Source of the DNA: Phycisphaera mikurensis NBRC 102666
GTDB lineage: Bacteria; Planctomycetota; Phycisphaerae; Phycisphaerales; Phycisphaeraceae
NCBI RefSeq assembly: GCF_000284115.1
Contig: NC_017080.1
Span: 3,540,001 to 3,572,000, forward strand
DNA: 32,000 nucleotides
Direction: 5' to 3'
Part shown: one piece after another, positions 29,533 to 32,000 of the stretch
How the letters are laid out: each line of letters starts with the position of its first letter
Numbering within the stretch: the stretch's first letter is position 1
Translations under genes and position numbers: made by a program
The notes under the pieces: generated by a model
What the model was told of the DNA's origin: nothing
What the model saw: only the letters and a program-made list of their open reading frames with translations
Database searches by the model: none

Positions 29533-31260
29533 TCAGCCGCGGTCCGCGGATTCTTCGGCACCGGCGAGGGCGCCGCCCTTGCGGGAGGCCTCGGCGATGC
29601 GGCGCAGCTCCGGCATCACCGCCGACAGGTCCGCCGCTCTGTCCACGCCCCCGAAGGCGTCGTGCAGCTTCTTGTAGATCGCGAAGAGCTCGGCGTACGC
29701 CGCGACCGAGCGGGGCTCGGGTTGAAAAACGCGCTCCTTCACGTGGGCCATCCTCGCCTGTGCCTCCTCCACCGAGACGAACGCGCCCGCCGCCACGGCG
29801 GCGGAGAGGGCGGCGCCCAGGCCGCAGGTCTGCGAGCTCGCGGCGGTCTTGATGGGGCGGTCGAGCACGTCGGCGTACACCTGCATCGCCATCGGGCTCT
29901 TCTCGGCGATGCCGCCGCAGACCACGACCTCGTCGACGCTCACGCCGCCGCTCTCGAAGCGGTCGACGATGACCTTCGCCCCGAAGGCGGTTGCCTCGAC
30001 GCAGGCCCGGTACACCTCCGCCGCCGTGGTGTGCAGCGTCTGCCCGAGCAGCAGGCCGGACAGCCGCGGGTCCACGAGCACCGTGCGGTTGCCGTTGTTC
30101 CAGTCGAGCGCCACCAGGCCGCTTTGGCCGGGGCTGAGCTTCTCGGCCTCGGCGTTGAGCGCGGCGTGAGCCTCGCCGCCGGTGCCGTAGCGCCCGGGCG
30201 TCAGCTGCGCAACGGCCCAGGCGAAGAGGTCGCCCACCGCGGACTGCCCCGCCTCCAGCCCGGCCATGCCGCCGATGACGCTGCCGTGGACCACGCCGCA
30301 GAGGCCCTCGATCTCCGGCACCGAGCCATCGGCCGCGAGGTCGCCGACGGTGATGTCGCAGGTGCTCGTGCCCATGATCTTCACCAGCACGCCGGGCTTC
30401 ACGCCCGCACCGACCGCCCCCATGTGAGCGTCGAAGGCCCCGATGGCGACGGGGATCCCGCTCGGCAGCCCGCACGCCCGGGCGAGGTCGTCGCGGAGGA
30501 TCCCGGCCTTCTCGTTAGGCGGGAAGGCCTCGGCGTAGAGCCGGTCACGCAGCCGAGCCAGCGCCGGGTCCAGCGCCGCGAGGAAGTCTTCGCTGGGCAG
30601 CCCGCCCCACCGCTCGCTGAACATCGCCTTGTGCCCGGCGGCGCACACGCTGCGCTTGAGCGTCTCCGGCGTGGTGTCGCCGCAAGCCCAGGCCGTCAGG
30701 TAGTCGCAGCACTCCACCCAGCTGTGCGCGGCCTCGAAGACGTCCGGCGCCACCCGCTTGCACCGCAGGATCTTGCTCCAGAACCACTCGCTGGAGTAGG
30801 TGCCGCCGCAGGCGGCGAGGTACGGCTCGCCGCGCTCGCGGGCGAGCGTGGTGATCTCCGCCGCCTCGGCGTGGCCGGTGTGGTCCTTCCAGAGCCACGC
30901 CTGCGCGGCGAGGTTCTCGCTGAAGCGCTCCTGGTGCGACAGCGGGGCCCCGTTGGCGTCGACCGGCAGCGGCGTCGAGCCGGTGGTGTCGATGCCGACG
31001 GCGACGACGCCGGCGGGATCGTGGCCCGCGGCCTCGAGGTCCTCCAGGGCGCCGCTCACCGCCTCGGCGAAGCCGTCGGTCCAGTCCTGCGGCCGCTGGC
31101 GTGCGAGGTCCGGGTCGGCGGGATCGAGCAGGATCCCGTTCTCGCCGGAGGGGTACGCGAAGACGCGGGAGGCGAGCTCGGCGCCGTCTTCGAGCGAGAC
31201 GACGACTGCGCGGCAGGAGTTGGTTCCGTAGTCGATGCCGAGGGAGAGAGGAGCAGGCAT
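29533..31260 (-). CDS. araB: Ribulokinase (FGGY carbohydrate kinase family)
   Basis: ATG (revcomp of 31258-31260), 575 aa. It is colinear with E. coli AraB: LGIDYGTNSCRA, GIDTTGSTP, WKDHT, YSSEWFWSKIL, GAFDAHMGAVGAG, GTSTCD, LEAGQSAVGDLFAW, LDWNNGNRT, ATAFGAKVI and CGGIAEKS. The N-terminal 75 aa of track ORF 29533..31485 are excluded. Confidence 0.9.
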   Translation of the reverse strand: MPAPLSLGIDYGTNSCRAVVVSLEDGAELASRVFAYPSGENGILLDPADPDLARQRPQDWTDGFAEAVSGALEDLEAAGHDPAGVVAVGIDTTGSTPLPVDANGAPLSHQERFSENLAAQAWLWKDHTGHAEAAEITTLARERGEPYLAACGGTYSSEWFWSKILRCKRVAPDVFEAAHSWVECCDYLTAWACGDTTPETLKRSVCAAGHKAMFSERWGGLPSEDFLAALDPALARLRDRLYAEAFPPNEKAGILRDDLARACGLPSGIPVAIGAFDAHMGAVGAGVKPGVLVKIMGTSTCDITVGDLAADGSVPEIEGLCGVVHGSVIGGMAGLEAGQSAVGDLFAWAVAQLTPGRYGTGGEAHAALNAEAEKLSPGQSGLVALDWNNGNRTVLVDPRLSGLLLGQTLHTTAAEVYRACVEATAFGAKVIVDRFESGGVSVDEVVVCGGIAEKSPMAMQVYADVLDRPIKTAASSQTCGLGAALSAAVAAGAFVSVEEAQARMAHVKERVFQPEPRSVAAYAELFAIYKKLHDAFGGVDRAADLSAVMPELRRIAEASRKGGALAGAEESADRG

Positions 31261-31417
31261 CGGGGAAAGGTACCGGCGGCGGAGCCGCCGGAGCCCGGCT
31301 CGAAGGGACGGAATCAGCAAGGGGTGAGCCGAGCGGAGCAACGCTGCGTTCTGCCTGCCGCCGTCTCTTCGTCCGTTCCAAGCCCACCCGGCCACGCGGC
31401 GGCCGTACCGTCCACCC

Positions 31418-32000
31418 ATGAGCGCAGCGAACGTCCTGGTCATCGGTCCCCACCCCGACGACCAGGAGCTGGGCATGGGTGGCACGATCGCGAAGCTCGC
31501 CCGGTCCGGTCACAAGGTCCACGTCCTCGACATGACCAACGGCGAGCCGACGCCGCTGGGCTCGCCGGAGAAACGCCGGGCCGAGTGGGAGGCCGCGACC
31601 CGGATCCTCGACGGCGGCAGCGGGAACGTGACGCGGGAGAACCTCGACCTGCCCAACCGCAGCGTGACGCACACGCTCGAAGCTCGGCACAAAGTGGCCG
31701 CCGTGATGCGGGTGCAGCAAAGCGAGTTCGTCTTCTGCCCGTACTTCGAAGACGCCCACCCGGACCACGTCGCGACGACGCGGATCGTGGAGGACGCCCG
31801 CTTCGACGCGAAGCTGAGCAACACCGACCTCCCCGGCGAGCCCATCCACCCGCGGCGGCTGATCTACTACTACTGCACGCACCTGAAGATCGTGCCGAAC
31901 CCCACGCTGCTGCTGGACATCTCCGGCTTCGAGGACGCGAAGGAGCAGAGCATCCGGGCGTACCACACGCAGTTCGTGCTGCCCGAGAAGAACGCGAAGG
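31418..32000 (+). CDS. PIG-L/LmbE-family N-acetylglucosaminyl deacetylase (BshB-like), 5' part; continues beyond the window
   Basis: This gene is not in the ORF track because it runs off the window. My translation from ATG 31418 is MSAANVLVIGPHPDDQELGMGGTIAKLARSGHKVHVLDMTNGEPTP...FEDAHPDHVATTRIV...ISGFEDAKEQSIRAYHTQF, with no stop to nt 32000. PHPDD-x-E and HPDH are the zinc-binding PIG-L motifs. Confidence 0.85.
   Translation, partial: MSAANVLVIGPHPDDQELGMGGTIAKLARSGHKVHVLDMTNGEPTPLGSPEKRRAEWEAATRILDGGSGNVTRENLDLPNRSVTHTLEARHKVAAVMRVQQSEFVFCPYFEDAHPDHVATTRIVEDARFDAKLSNTDLPGEPIHPRRLIYYYCTHLKIVPNPTLLLDISGFEDAKEQSIRAYHTQFVLPEKNAK

Noticed and set aside
23620-32000. Looked for a 16S rRNA gene and Ile/Ala spacer tRNAs upstream of the 23S
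   Set aside because: No 16S-like conserved blocks were found, and the only tRNA is a divergently oriented tRNA-Ser. The interval is filled by well-supported protein genes.

Overview
This is a very GC-rich bacterial chromosomal segment. In real genes almost every third codon position is G/C, so all six frames carry long Arg/Pro/Ala/Gly-rich shadow ORFs. Most long ORFs in the supplied track are therefore artefacts.

I can support about 22 protein genes, a 23S-5S rRNA pair on the minus strand with no linked 16S, one tRNA-Ser(UGA) and one large tandem-repeat array.

Gene content in window order:
- uvrC (3' part)
- an LdhA-type D-2-hydroxyacid dehydrogenase
- a CPA2/Kef antiporter fused to a TrkA-N segment and a UBP-type zinc finger
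- a secreted VWA protein
- a translationally coupled hisI-methyltransferase-acyltransferase trio
- the repeat array
- ppk1
- a 525-aa Pro/Ala-rich protein
- an orphan ParA-like ATPase fused to a CBM48/AMPK-beta-type glycan-binding module
- lpxK, typA/bipA, a DUF2237 protein and two secreted proteins
- 5S and 23S rRNA, then tRNA-Ser
- a CheY-like receiver and an Ala-rich lipoprotein
- an amidohydrolase, a flavin-dependent-halogenase-like protein and a HAD hydrolase
- ribulokinase and a PIG-L deacetylase (5' part)

The unlinked 23S-5S arrangement, lpxK and the extreme GC content are compatible with a Planctomycetota (Phycisphaerae-like) genome. That is inference only.

Two things stand out. First, the 7341-8057 array of 106-108 bp units each holds two invariant perfect palindromes. 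Second, the ParA-CBM48 gene and its partner sit directly upstream of ppk1 on the same strand as the array. Together they could form a cargo or storage-granule positioning module. This is a hypothesis, not a demonstrated system.

I saw no CRISPR, transposase, integrase or recognisable defence genes. All homology statements come from motif and pattern recognition by eye. No database search was run, and RNA gene boundaries are approximate.
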